NCBI GenBank assembly: GCA_023213395.1
Contig: CM041465.1
Location: 58,969,741 to 59,033,740 of the forward strand
Reading direction: 5' to 3'
From: Cycas panzhihuaensis
Taxonomy: Eukaryota > Plantae > Cycadophyta
DNA: 64,000 nucleotides
Shown here: piece after piece, positions 1 through 14,000 of the stretch
How the letters are laid out: each line of letters opens with the position of its first letter
Position numbering within the stretch: position 1 is the first letter of the stretch
Translations under genes and position numbers: made by a program
Notes under the pieces: generated by a model
The model's input: the letters and a program-made list of their open reading frames with translations, nothing else
Told to the model about the DNA's origin: nothing
Databases searched by the model: none

Positions 1-1321
1 TTTTATAATCCATGACCCTATATAAACAAAATAGGGTCTGTCCCACATAATCTTATTGGTAGCCTAGGCAGCCTTACATTCTATTAGACAACATAATAGT
101 CTTGCATACCATTGGCTAGTTGATTGGCCTATGCACCAAGTTCGATAACTAACCTTATCACTTAACCTTATGGTAGTTCTCTACGTATTATTGCTTTACA
201 TAACTTAATAAGATGAGTTATGTAATAGATTAGGCCCTCAATGAAAGTGCTCTTAATTAAAAGATTTATTGATGATGTGACTAAGGGTGACGTCTAATAT
301 TTGCATCTGATTATAGTAGCTATAATTTTAATGTTTATAGCCATTGGTTATTGATAGCTTATATGACTAAAATGTATCAAACCTAACATGTTAATGTATA
401 TGTATTTTTTAGCCTATACCTTATTTCTTACTTATTTTAGCTTTATTAAGACATCATTTCTTAATTATCTTATAATCATTTTATGAAGGGCTTTATTATA
501 TTTTATAAAAATTATGGCAAGTGGCCTTACTACCATCTATAAGGGGTTTACACCTTATCATGAAGGTGCTATAAGTTAATTTAACTATAATCAAGGGATT
601 TTAAGGTGGGAGTTGGTATGAAAGTATATTATATGTATGAATTTATATAAATAAATATAGATGTATTTACTTTAGAGAATATCAAATTATTTTGAAATAT
701 AAATATAATATATTTATATTAATTAAAAAGATATAATGTAAGTGAAAGTATATTTAGTGTCTAATAGTGTACTAAGATATATTAAGGTTTATAAAGGGTG
801 TTATGGTTTTTCTCTTACCCTACCTTTTCAATCTGTTATTCAATTTAAAGAATGTATGGATTGGTTTTCTAAGGATTTTAATAGGAGATGCAAATATTGA
901 AAATATAAGAATCTACTTTCATATGTTGCTCATTATTTGAGTCTCTTATTTTGCCCTTCCTTTTCTAGGTTTACTCTCTAAGTTCTTACTTTTTATATAT
1001 AATGAAGCATCTTTGAGGAGGAAGCAAGTATGTTTTGAGGAATTTATGGAGTGTAGGTTCCAACAATTGAAGTGGGAAGAGTATACAAAGAATTAAATAG
1101 GATATTAGTTTTTAATAGGAAGCTACTCCTCTAATCTTTTAATTGTATTGAGGTTCTTTCTTTCTCTTTTATTAAATTTTTGGTAAAAGTATGTTGGAGG
1201 AGAAAGTAAGTTTGGAGATATCATATTTCTTGAATTATATTTTTGTGTGTGTGTGTGTATACATACACATACAAAAAAGGAAAAAAAAAAAAAAACATGT
1301 ATATATGTGTATGTGTGTGTG

Positions 1322-1537
1322 TGTTACAAATCCTAATTATCTTTCTATTAAAATAGTTAGTTTGAAATGATTTGGGTAGGAAGAGTTGTATCTTTTGGTA
1401 GGATCCCATCAAGGAGTATAAATATATACCTTTTATATGAACTCATCATCTTTTATGAATATATTTATTTGGATCTAATCAAAGTTTTTTCTTACATATT
1501 ATTGTGAGTTCTCTTAGAATTATTAAGTCTTATATCA
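1322..1537 (+). repeat. Short (~216 bp) Gypsy-type LTR, candidate 5' LTR of Gypsy A
   Basis: TG...CA ends; aligns over its full length to 19026-19243; followed by AG and a degenerate tRNA-iMet PBS (TGGTGTCAAAGCC, 1540-1552). Confidence 0.75.
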
Positions 1538-1694
1538 AGTGGTGTCAAAGCCATGCTTCTACTATGTGGATTTAGAGATATATGTATATATAATACATAC
1601 TCTCCCATCACATTCTCTCCATTTCAACACCCTACCAAAATTTTTATAATGTTGTGTATTTAATTTAAAAATAAAAATAAAAATCTCCACCTCT

Positions 1695-2890
1695 GCATCG
1701 AGGTTGCCATGAAAATAATTTATTATTAACATATTACATGTTATAATATATGTTGTATTAAATATACATAAATCTACATTGAGTTATCACTATAGATTTA
1801 TTGAAAGGCACAATCAAGTAACTATTGTAATACATTGTTAGCCTACAAAGTCAAATGTCCAAAATATATATCTATAAAATACATCATGCCATTGAACCAT
1901 CAAAAATATATATCCATATGGGTTTGTACTACATAATTAAGCTTGTCTACAATGGTTGTTATATAAGCTTCATAAATATCAAGATGAAGATCTCACCTAA
2001 TGAGCATATATCGATCTGTCTATATGAATATATATGGAGCATATATCAATTTGTATGAATGCTTACCTCTACAATGGATCAAATGAATGTTATGTTTGGC
2101 AAATGAATAATATATATGAGTGAGCCTCCTCTATTTTTATGAGTGAGCCTTTGCAATTTGACCTACAAGTCAAAAATAAAATAAAACATTAATATATATA
2201 AATATATATACCTAAATGTTAATGTATACAAAGACATACTTAGACATGCAATCAATTGCCTCCTAGTCCTATAGAAAGGAAATGATAATAAATACAAATA
2301 TGTATACTTGAGCATGTAGTCATTATACTAAGTTACAGAAAAATGAATGTGAATATATATATATATATATATACATACATACATACATACACACACATAC
2401 ATATACATACATACATATGTCTCCCTTTAAAATAGTTATTAAGCATATCTATAGCTTATATTTTGGCTTACATTACGATAGAGGTAAATGTAAGACAAAA
2501 TATAAGCTATAGATATGCTTAATAACTATTTTAAGGGGAGAATATTCTCTTTTAAAAGAGAATATATTCATTCTTTTTTTTTTTTGCTATCTCAATGCTC
2601 TCAATAAACATATTTTAATAATAATATTATACACACACACACATATATATAGATGGATAGAGAGAAAGAGAGAGAGAGATGCCTTTTAATATTAGTGAGA
2701 ACACCATTTTATATTTACTCTAAATATATAATATTTTTCTCTTAAAAATATATATATGATAAAACATCTCTAAATGTTATACAAAGTAGTGTGATATATA
2801 GTGAGTATATATCATTGGTTGCTTGCATATATAAACATGTATGGATTTACCATAATAAATGATGGAGTTTTCATGGCAATTCATGGTGCC
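1695..2890. mobile_element. Possible non-autonomous DNA transposon remnant with long degenerate terminal inverted repeats
   Basis: 1695-1765 (gttgccatgaaaa...atttattat...tacatgtt) aligns to the reverse complement of 2825-2890; no TSD or transposase recognised. Confidence 0.3.
2420..2541. repeat. Near-perfect inverted repeat (55-bp arms, 12-nt loop)
   Basis: Arms 2420-2474 and 2487-2541 are reverse complements with 2 mismatches; a perfect 24-bp palindrome follows at 2542-2565. Confidence 0.95.
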
Positions 2891-3531
2891 TATATATACT
2901 TAGTGTAGTTCTAAAATTAGACTTATCATCCACATAGCACGTTAGCAGCCATTATACTATATATATATATATATATATATATTATTAAATGTTAGATACA
3001 TTATGTTTTTTGTTAGGGAACACTATGACGGTCTGAATGAGGAAGGGCATGTTAATTCTATTATGCCTAACCTCCCATAACTTTCATAATATTAGTAAAT
3101 ATGGGAGGGAATATTTGCCCTATATTATAGATTCCAACTATGTAGAAGGTGGAGGAAACTTGGCATAGTGTAATCTCTCTCTCTCTCTCTTTACATACAC
3201 ACAGACATGGATGGTCATCATATCAGTAGGTCATTGTAGTAAGTTTTGGAGTCATCCAAATCCAAACATGTAAATGTTATGAACAATCCAAAGGTAATTT
3301 ATGCTACAGAGGCACGTGGATAGGTATATCATGCATATGATATGAAAATTTTAGAGAAGTTCCATATAATTGCTTAGTTCATTAATTATATTTTATGGTA
3401 ATCAATTGCTATAACTTTATCTGGTGGGTATGAATACTATGAACCCTTTCACTAAGACTATTCCTTTTTATGGACATTGTTAATGGGGTAGACAGAGATA
3501 GATTTTGCATAGGTAATAAAACCATGCCAAT

Positions 3532-6371
3532 TGTATAGAAGCATAAGCGATTCAATAAAGCCCCATAGACTCTTGTTTCCTAGCTACCGGGAATGGATAC
3601 AGAGAGGTCGACTCAAATAAGTGCAGGTATGTTTCTCGCCTTGTTTTTGCTTTTTGTGAGGAGTACTTACCTGTATGCTACATGTTTTCGTAGATGGTTT
3701 CCATCATCTATACCTTTTTAGCCTATGACGACTATAGTGGGGGCACACTTCCAGCAAGTGTGGCACCCTGGTTGCTGCGTCACCTCCCACAATCTCCCCT
3801 ACTCCTATTAAGGCTTATTTAACTCACGTGATGATTATTTGTTATGTTGTTTTATCACCACTTAGTCTCCTCATTGTGTCTTTGGGCCCTCTTAATTACT
3901 TTTTGTGGTTCTTAGTCCTTTGTTTGCCCCTGGGCAGGTGGGCTCGCCCCCCTGTCGGCCTCCTAGTACCCCGGCCCACAGTCCTGGCTAGTTGTTTGGG
4001 CTAGTTTGGCCCTCTGACCCTGCATTGCGGCAAAGTTCGCGGTACCACGACGTTTACCGCGGTATCGTAATATTTACCATGGTGCGACTATTTTAAACTA
4101 TTTTTTAAACCCGCAGTGGCAATTCTCACATTTATTGCAAAATTGCCACGTGTCATTCGACCCACCTTAGTGCTAACCAAGCCCTAATCGCTTGATTAGG
4201 GTTGGGGCTGAGTATTTAAGCTCATCCTAATTCATTTTTAGGATCTTTTGGCTCTTTTTCAAAGAAACACTAAGGAAATTCACCTTGCTCTCTGCTCTGC
4301 TCTTCTGCAATGCTGCACTCACAGGACCTGCAATTGCTCCTCTATGCCCAGCCCTCCTTAGGCCTCACTATGGCATCCTCATAGCCCATTACACGCCCCA
4401 GAGGGAGCCTTCTTGAGAAGTTTTTAGGGTCTCTCTTCCTAGGCAAGCACCGCGTTATTTCAAAAGCGGGATTTCTCTCAACTGCCTCAGTAGGGGCTTT
4501 ATACTTGTTGCATCTTAGCCTTCTTCACAGGTTTTCAGCCCTTTCTCAGCAGGCTCTTACAAAGGTAAATGCCTCCTCACTTCATCTTGAGGTATTTATT
4601 GGTTTGAAGTCCTTTTCTTGCCTAGTATTGTGCATGTTTGTCATTAGTTTCTTTCTCTTTGTTTCAAGAGTTTGTTTCTTAGTTTCTCTTAGTTATTTCT
4701 CTGCTGCTTGAGGCCCTTCTCCTATGCTTCACACCCAGGACAATGGCATAAGAGGATTCCATAGGGTTTTGGATAGAGCTGGGTGGATTCTGTACCACCC
4801 TTGCACTCCCCAAGAGGCCTCCAAACCCTCCTCATTTGCCCCCATGTTGTCCCTGGGGTGGACAAAGGATTAGGGGACCATTTCCATTTCGAAACCAAAG
4901 ATTTGCACCTATTGCAATGCTGGTTTGCAGGCCCATCTCTCTCATCCAGGCAATGCATAAGCCCCAGAGGTCCCTTCTAGCTTAACTTCTCTCTCAATGG
5001 CCTAGTTTGTTCTCTATAACACCCCGGTCCATTGAGGACTTCCTTGAGCTCCTTTTGTACTTTTGTTACCCCTATTTATAGCCATACCCTCGCAGCCCTA
5101 TGGCTCCTTGAGGGAGGGTAGGATTTCCCTTTGTGGGAGGTGGGTCACTCTGAGGCTCACCTATTTATATATCCTGTACTTATGTATTTTTAAACTATAG
5201 TCTAGTGTTGTAAACTTGTGATTGATGAGTACCAACGTATATGTATAGAGATCTAGTTTTTGGCTTATGCATATATAGGTTTTGGCACTCTTCTTTGTAT
5301 TATTAGCCTCCTTTCTCTAGGAGGGAATCTTTGCATTTACCTACAGGTAAAAGGAGGATGCGAGGAACGTCTACCCCCTTCTTTCTCCTGGGTAAGTGAA
5401 TCTATTTGTATTTTGTCATAGCATTCTATTTTTCGCCATCACTTTCCTTTTCATTTTCGGCATTTTAGTGTTGCTTTCCGAGGAAGGTAAGAAAGCCCCA
5501 CGCTTCACCCTATCACAACCCTCTGCTATTCGCTTCATGGAGCGATCTAGGGCATCTCATGGGCGCATCGTCGCTTCGACCATGCCTTCATCCTGGGTAT
5601 GTGACCTTGCTTTGTTTCGCTCTTTTCCTTTTGAAAAGATTGCATGGTAGTAATTAGATAACATAAAAAGGGGAAATCAACTCTTTTTGTTTGCACTTCG
5701 TATGTTGCGTTTCGTATACCATAACTGTTTAGGGAAAGGACTCTTAGGAAGTTTCCCCCTAGCCTTTTCCCTTAGCTTGTAAACCTTATCCTCGCCCCTT
5801 TGGCTTGTTATATTTGATTTGGTTTGCTTGCACATACCTTAGCATCTTCACTTTCTTCGGTTACACCCTTAGGGGGGGGGGGGGGGGCTTGGGTTGATTG
5901 ATCGCTCCCACTCCCTTCCTCTTCCCTTGGTTCTATTTGCTTAGCCAAATAACCGAGGAGGTCTTAACCATATGTTATTCGCCTACCTTGCTCCTACTCG
6001 TTTCCCTCTGCCATAGGGAAACCTTCGAGGTTTCTCTTCCTCCCCTCCTGGCCATCCAAGGGTGGGAGGACCATCTTCCTGGATCTATCTAGGCTACCTT
6101 TTCACCTTCCCTCTTCCTAGCCGAAGTGGGGAACCACCTTTAAGTAGTTGGGTATCATCCGCAGGTCCCAAACTCGTGCTCTGGCGCACATGGCACCCTG
6201 TGTGGTACTCGCCTTGCTTATAGATTTCTATCTGCACCCCGATACTATTATCGATCATCTTCGCTATTCCTACTTAGCTAGGTGGTTATCCCATAGACGC
6301 GCATCCAACTCCCTTAATCTAGATATTAAATAGATCCCCTAAATCATAGTGTATACTACATGTGCGATACA
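3532..6371. mobile_element. Unclassified GC-richer repeat, possibly a long solo LTR; boundaries uncertain
   Basis: Abrupt rise in GC and CpG; TATA-like tatttaag at ~4213 followed by a pyrimidine-rich leader; internal splice-site-like motifs; TGTAT...ATACA possible ends; no TSD and no recognisable ORF. Confidence 0.3.
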
Positions 6372-6451
6372 AGATGAGAATATGAACAAAGTGGTTAACT
6401 ACATGAGTCATGTTAACTATTAAGGTGCATTACATGCAAAATGCTTTTATG

Positions 6452-6453
<2 letters not shown>

Positions 6454-6522
<69 letters not shown>
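6454..6522. repeat. (TG)n microsatellite
   Basis: Directly visible dinucleotide run. Confidence 0.95.
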
Positions 6523-6523
<1 letters not shown>

Positions 6524-9500
6524 TACTTTTCTACTTAGTTAATGGGCTAGTATTTTGAATAGGTGAAGGAGTTTATGTGCTTAGAGGATCATGTAAGAGG
6601 GAAACCAAGTTCACATAGGACAAATGGCCTTACTGCCATTTAGCTTAAAGTGTTTTGAGAGTTAATGAAGATATTCTTACTATTAGCAAAGGTTGTATGT
6701 GCCAAAAATATAATTATTCCATGAATGCACTATATAGACTAACCTTGGCCATTTATGTATTTGTCTCTTTCTTCTTATTTTGGTCGCAAATGATTATTAG
6801 CTTTATAAGGAAATTGAATTTAAGAGTTGTACTATAAGAGCAAAAGCAAAAAATGGGGACATGATAAAATTAAAGTTTTCTTTTTTTGTTTTTTTACAAT
6901 TATTTCTTTTCAAGGCCAAAATATGGCTCTACTACCACTTGTGGTGATCCAAATGAGTTAACCATAAATGACTCAAGGAATTCTTAGTTGATCAAAGGGG
7001 CGTAATCTCCAAGTTTACACACAAGATGTCTTAAAAGATAACTGAAGACATTATGATTAATTAATAAACATGTGATATTGAATATACAACCTTTTCATAT
7101 ATATATATACATGCTTAATGTCCCTTTGTGAAGAGGTACAACCTATCAATGTACCCTTCCATAAATAAATAATTATTAATTTAAAATAATCACTCATTAT
7201 GTATATAAAACATATACACATACACACACACATATATATAGATATATTGCTTGTGTATGGTGAAACAAAGGATTTATTTGATAATCACCTATGGTTAAAC
7301 AATTGATTGTGATCCATATTGGATGTTTATAGTGTATACTAATGTACATACACTAATATGAAGGGTTTATTCAATGGTTAGCTATGGTCAGATAAACAAT
7401 TAATTATGACCTATATTTGATGTTAACAGATTAAATGCTAATATATATGCTAAAATATTGATCGTCAATATATTAATTATGTGTAAGTAACTTGTATAAT
7501 CTATTGTGACCTATATTAAATATTATATATTGTTTGACTTATTAATACAAAATTGGATATAACTTTCACGTGGGAAGTCAAATTTTAGTGCCATCAGTTT
7601 TGTTATCATCCGAACTCAAAAGACTATAAATTGATTATATATCAACTTATTAGTTATGGAAGGCACCTTATAGAATCATACATATACCATCGTAAGCCTC
7701 ATGAACACTAAAGAGATTACTAAAAATCAAATCCAAATCCTAAGAGACATAATCAAACTAATTACTCAAGTTATTCATGAGGCAGTGCAAATGTAGAATG
7801 CACTCTTAAAGTACACCTTGCAATGGATCTTAGAAAAATTAATAAGCATGGTAATTAGAAAAAAAAGAGAAATAATTATGCTAGATTTTAAAAATAAAAG
7901 GATCAATCATTAATCATACATTAATAATCAACTGATAGGGGATAATCTTAGGCATAGAATAATGTAATTTCAAGCATATCTTATTAATGACACCATTATA
8001 AGATATTCAAATGATTATTAGAATATAACACTAGAAGAATAAAAGGTGGTTGGATTCTAAGCCTATTTTAATTGTCTACAATCTATATAATTACAAAAGA
8101 AGAAAATGCTAGAGAAAATTATGATCTAACACTTCAACATTAAGTAGAAAAAACATGAACCACAGGTGTGGATTCAATAAATAGAAAAACCTTTTTACTT
8201 GATGGTAATTAAGATAGTAGAATAAGTCTCTCTAACTGTGTTACGCACGGACAAAATTGCTTATGAGTGATGGCAGAGATTAGAATGCACTACATTCTAA
8301 AATCAATTACCAATATGGAGTGGGTTTGTCTTCTTATTATTATGAAATATAGAAATTGAAGTAAATGAGAACTATAGAAGAATATAGTATATTGTTCAAC
8401 AAACTAAGTTATGTTGTAGAAGATATTCTAGTTGATAGGCTTGTTCACTTGTACATTGACAAGATAGTAATAGAGATTTAAATAGATGTGAAAACCATAA
8501 GGCCTATTGATCTCAACAAAGTCATACAACTAGCCATAATACATGAAGATAAGGTTAATATGCTATGTAAGGAAAAGTAAGCCACTATATTCCTTTGTTT
8601 TCCCTACCTAGTTTACTACTAATTATCCAGCTTAATCCGTTATTGACTAGGTCTGACTAACTATTTAGCCTAGTCCTTTAAAGGATAAGAGTAGAATAAG
8701 AAGAGTTAAGAAAATAGAACCTATGCTTTAGATATACCGAGAAGTAGTTACTTAGTCATAGATATCTAAAGAACTAAGTATATATAATTAAATTATCACC
8801 TATAGAGGAGGATGAAGGAAATGAGAAGGGAGAAGATGCTAAAATAGTCTAGGAGTATTGCCACTGTTATGAAATTTAGGGGGATTATTGCAATCATAAG
8901 AATGGCATCCTAGAAAAAGTCATTGTCAACTATGGGTGGTCTCACTTGGCTAGATACATTAAAACTATAATGCTTAATAAAAAAGTAGGTCATTATAATC
9001 CTGGTAGATTTGGGTAACACTCATTTTTTCATTGATAAGATCTCCACTTAGTACCTAAGGTGATTTCCATTAAGCACACCCTATTTTCAAGTAAGTATTG
9101 GTGGAAGGTAGGCTATCAAGGCAAAGTATGATGGAAAATCTCAGACCCCTAATGGGTGATATTATTATCACAAAAAACTTTACATCTTTAATATGAGAAA
9201 AGTAGATGTCATTCTTGATGGTCAATGGCTTATAATACTTATGACATTCAAAATGAATTTAAATGAGTTATTTATAAAATATAGGAAATAGGATATGGCT
9301 ATCATACTTCAAGGAGAAAAACTAGGGAATATCCAAGTAATATCATGAAAAAGTATGGAGAAGTTAATAAAAAAGGGTCAACGAGGTATAGTGGCTCAAC
9401 TTTTTGCACTTCAAGTAGAGGTGATACTGATAATACAAGAGAATGAATTACTAGGGATCCTCCAAAAGCACAAGAACTCTTTCAAGACCTTTAAGTAGAG

Positions 9501-11049
9501 TTGCCTCTTAATAGAGGCTTGCAACATTAGATTGAGCTCAAAGTTGGCACCAACCTAATTTTTATTTATCCACATAGGTAACCATATCACTATCAAAATT
9601 AGATTTTAAAAATTGTACAAGAATTGCTAGACCTAATGGTAATAGTCCTTAGCAAAAGCTCATTTATAGCCTATATAGTCCTAGTTAGGAAAAAAGAATA
9701 GATCATTTTGTATATATGTCAATTATCAAGTATTAAATAACATCACAATAAAAAAATAAATTTATTACACTAAGAATTGATAAGGTATTGGATAAGCTAC
9801 AAAGAGTTAAGTATTTTAAAAAAATAGATCTAAGGATAAGGTACTATTAAATTTGAATCAAGCTAGAAGGCACTTATAAGACTACCTTCAACATGTACTC
9901 TGACTATTATAAATTTAAGGTAATACCCTTTGGTCTTACCAATGCATCAACTACATTTCAAACTGCTATGGACATTTTTGATAAGATATTGATATTTACC
10001 AAAAATTAGAAAGAACATATAAACCATATAGACTGAGTCTTAAACATCTTAGAAGAATAAAAGCTTTTCGCTAAAAGGTCAAAGGGCTCCTTTAGTAAAA
10101 GGGAAATAGAATATGTGGAGCATCTCATATTAAAAGAAGGGGTCAAGGTTGATCTAAGGAATGTCAAAGCCATCCAAGAATGGCCCACACTTAAAAATAT
10201 CACTAAGCTCAAAGGCTTCCTAAAACTAATAAGATATTATTAGTATTTATTAAAAATTATACTCAGAGAACCTTTGCCTTGACATGCCTTTTAAAGAAAA
10301 ATTCCTTCTAGCAAGATGAAGAAGCAACAACCTACTTTGAGAAACTCAAATAAACTATGACCTATCTACCTATATTGGCTTCAACTAGATTTCTCAAAGG
10401 TTTTCACAATTGACTACGATGCCTCAAGGATAAGGATTGGGGAAATACTAATATAGGAAGGGAAGTTAGTTGCCTTTAAGAGTACAAAATTAAATAAGAG
10501 GGAATGACTTAAGTCCACCTATGATAAGTAAGTATTGGCTACCATGTACACCTTGATAAAATGGTGTGAGTATTGGTTGGGCAACAAAGTCATAGTGAAA
10601 ATAGATTATAACTTGTTATACCTTCTAAAGCAAAAAGAATTATCTCCAAAACAACAAAACTAGGTGAGTAAAGCACATGCCTTTGACTTTAACATAACAT
10701 ATAACAAAAGCAAGATAAATGTAGTAGTTGATGCTCTATCTCAAAGAGATAAAGAATCTTATTTATATGTAGTATCAATGATTGAACTTAATTAGGTGAT
10801 AGAAATTTAGGCAAAATATGCCAAGGACCCAAGCATCCAATAATTTATACTCCAGATCCAATAAGGTATCCAAGATAAATTTGAATAGAAGAATGATATC
10901 ATATGGTATAAAAGGTGAATATTCCTAAAGACCAACTCAAAACTCTATGTAAAATTCTTAGAAGATTTACATATGACACAATTAATAGGTCATGAAGGAT
11001 TCTTTAAAACATATAGCAAGATTAAAGGGTTATTCTTTTGGTAGGGAAT

Positions 11050-14000
11050 TATTAGAGTTATACCCTAATGTTAAGATTTCATTAATTGTATATTTAATTA
11101 GTTTGATAGGTTATTACAAAAGTTTGATGAATTGGCCAACTGTCTAAATCAACGAACTTCTCTCCCATTTATTCTAGAATCTTTCATACATATTGTGGCT
11201 GGAAGATTAGGGAGTTAGGTTATGTAGGTAGAAGGTTCATGAAGTAAGAGAGGAAGAATGAGATCCTCAACCATCTCGGTTGTTTTATCTTCATTATTAT
11301 CATAATATTATATTTATTTTTAAGGTGGTTTTTTATCCCCTAAAGGGGTTTTCCACTTGCCAGATTTGGTGCACTTGTGATTACTTGTTAATTGGTTTAT
11401 TTATGGTTTCTCATGTGTAGTGCTTCATGATTTATACCCTCTCTCCAACATGGTATCAAAGCAGGGTCAACTGGTGCCTTTCAGCAATTAGGGTTGCTTA
11501 CATACTTAGAGACGTCTCATGATCCTCACACAGAGGAGAAGTCATTATCTTCATAGGAAACCCATAGTGATATCTAGATGAAGAAAAGCCTTATTCTTAT
11601 GCAGTTCATCTGCCTTTCATCTTTGTTACAATAGCTCTCTTGTCATTGCCACGATGATATCCTTACGAAGAGAAGACACCAATACTGTAGATGTAGTAGC
11701 TATGAAAACCCCTTTAGATCAACCTTTGAATCAATGCCCTTAAACAACAATGTAGTAGATGTCCTCAAGTAACAATGCAGTACATGTAGTAGGTGTGAAA
11801 GCCCCTAGATGTAGTAGCTTTGAATTAGTAGCTTTAGACCATGATAAGAGGGTCTACCTACTCGTCGTCGTCCTAAGAAATGTTGTGGGCTCTGACTCAC
11901 TCTTGTTCATTCTAGACTCTCCAATCGTCAGTCCACGTTGTCTACCAAATCCATGGCACTAAACATCCATGGCTCACGCACCAAATCCATGGCACTAGAC
12001 ATCCATGGCTCATGCACTAAATCCACGACTCATAAAGATGAAGCAGATACATGACAATGTTACCATGGCTCTCAGACGTAAACGATGCCAAAGTCATTAC
12101 CAGAATGATTTGAAAACCATGACGTACATCAAAGTCTGCAATCGATTCAAAGCCCAAGCAATACGAAGACTGTAATTAATTTGAAGCCCAAGAAAATACG
12201 AAGATTACAATTGATTCGAAGCCTGCCACCCTACATACGGTCAATATGAAACCCTGAATATTAGGGATACAAATTATTTGATATATGTTGGGAAAATTTC
12301 ATCTCAAATATAATTTTCTATATTTCCTCTTTTTTTGTTTGTGAAATTTTATAAAATCTGTCTTATTTGGATTATAAGTCCAATAGCAGCTCCCCCCCCC
12401 CCCCCCCCGACCTGTTAGCCCCCCGATCCTATTAGCCTCTAATATGATCGTGACTCTATTATGAAAAGGGTTTAAATGTCAAATTTCCTTTTTTCTTTGT
12501 TTTAAAGCAAAATAGGGGTACCTGCATTTTTTTCCCCATAACTTCCTCATATGGAGTTAGAATCCAACTCTGGGAGAAACGTTAGATTCCTAACTTAGAC
12601 ACATACATTTTGACTAGTCTTTCAAGCTTTTTAGATGCCATTTTGATTAGCAAATCCTTGCTCAAAGTCAAGTCTTTTATTTTTGACTTGGTAAGTTCAA
12701 GTACATGCCTCTAACCCATAATTTTGTTCACATTCTTTTTATATTATTACTTTAATCTAATATATAATTAATTATTTTTCAAATTTATAAAGTAACTATA
12801 TTATTTTCTTATGTATTTTAATAAATTCATGAAGTTTATTGAATCATTATTTCACTATTTTATTATGCAAGTGATATTATAAACATGCAAATACTTAAAT
12901 GTTTCATCTAATTTATGATTTATTTTAAGTCACTAATCAGTAACTGTCATATGCTTAATTAATTTTCTTAAATATTTGATTAAAAATCTTATATTCCTTG
13001 ATTAATGATTATTAAACTTTTAATGTTAATGAAATTATTTTCTATCAATGGTAAATTAACTTAAGTTTACCTTTAATGTTCAGTGCTTATCAATGAATTT
13101 ATTATTATGACTTATTAATTCACTTATATAAATTTCAGTCAAGCTTGCCATAACCACTTTCATTTTCTTTCAAGAGGATCTCTAATCATCAGTTTGTTCT
13201 CAATATGACACTCATGCTAGTGACAACCTTCTATGTACCAACTCTAGTATTAACCGGCTCAAATTATGCTGACTAGAGAAATAGAATATCCCATCAACTT
13301 AAATGACAAAAGCTATGGCTATATGTCACAGGTGAGTTTGCAAAACCTAAAGACGAAACATTAGAAGCTTATATAGTCTATCTGATAAACTATAATGGAG
13401 CCCTAGGCACCATCTTAACCTCCCTTTCTTTAGACATTAGTAGGCAGTTTTTTGATATAGATGATCTTGCCACTGTCTAAAAAACTCTTAAGGAAAAGTC
13501 CGATAAGGTTAATATACAATAATTAGCTGTTTTAGAACAATAAATGTACGATCTAAATTCTAAAGACTTTCCTAAGGTTGAAGATTTCTTATTAAAACTT
13601 TAACTCATTAACAAAGACCTAGTAAATTGTATCAAATCTTCCACAAAAGTAGATGATAAAGCGGTCACTATAACACATGTAAAAGATAACAATACAATCA
13701 TCCGTCTTGCAATTAATAAACTCTCGAAACATTTCAATCTTTTCAAAACTACTAGGCAACAAGTAGGATATCTACCAATTATCTTTGATCAATTAACAAA
13801 TAAACTAGTTGAATATCAAAATATGTTGATTTAGACTGGAAAACTAAAAGATCCTTTACAGGCTCTTTTTTCCAACTCACAACTAATTATTAAATCTAAA
13901 CATAAAAATAACTATTAAAATAATCATCATAATCATCCCAAATTTTAAAAACCTCATAAAGGATCATCTACTCCAAATAATCCTCATCATAACACTAAGC

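Noticed and set aside
1-1220. LTR-like sequence at the window start
   Set aside because: No partner, terminus, PBS or coding motif to support a call.
11944-12225. CRISPR-like repeat array
   Set aside because: Contiguous tandem units without unique spacers, eukaryotic TE context, no cas genes.
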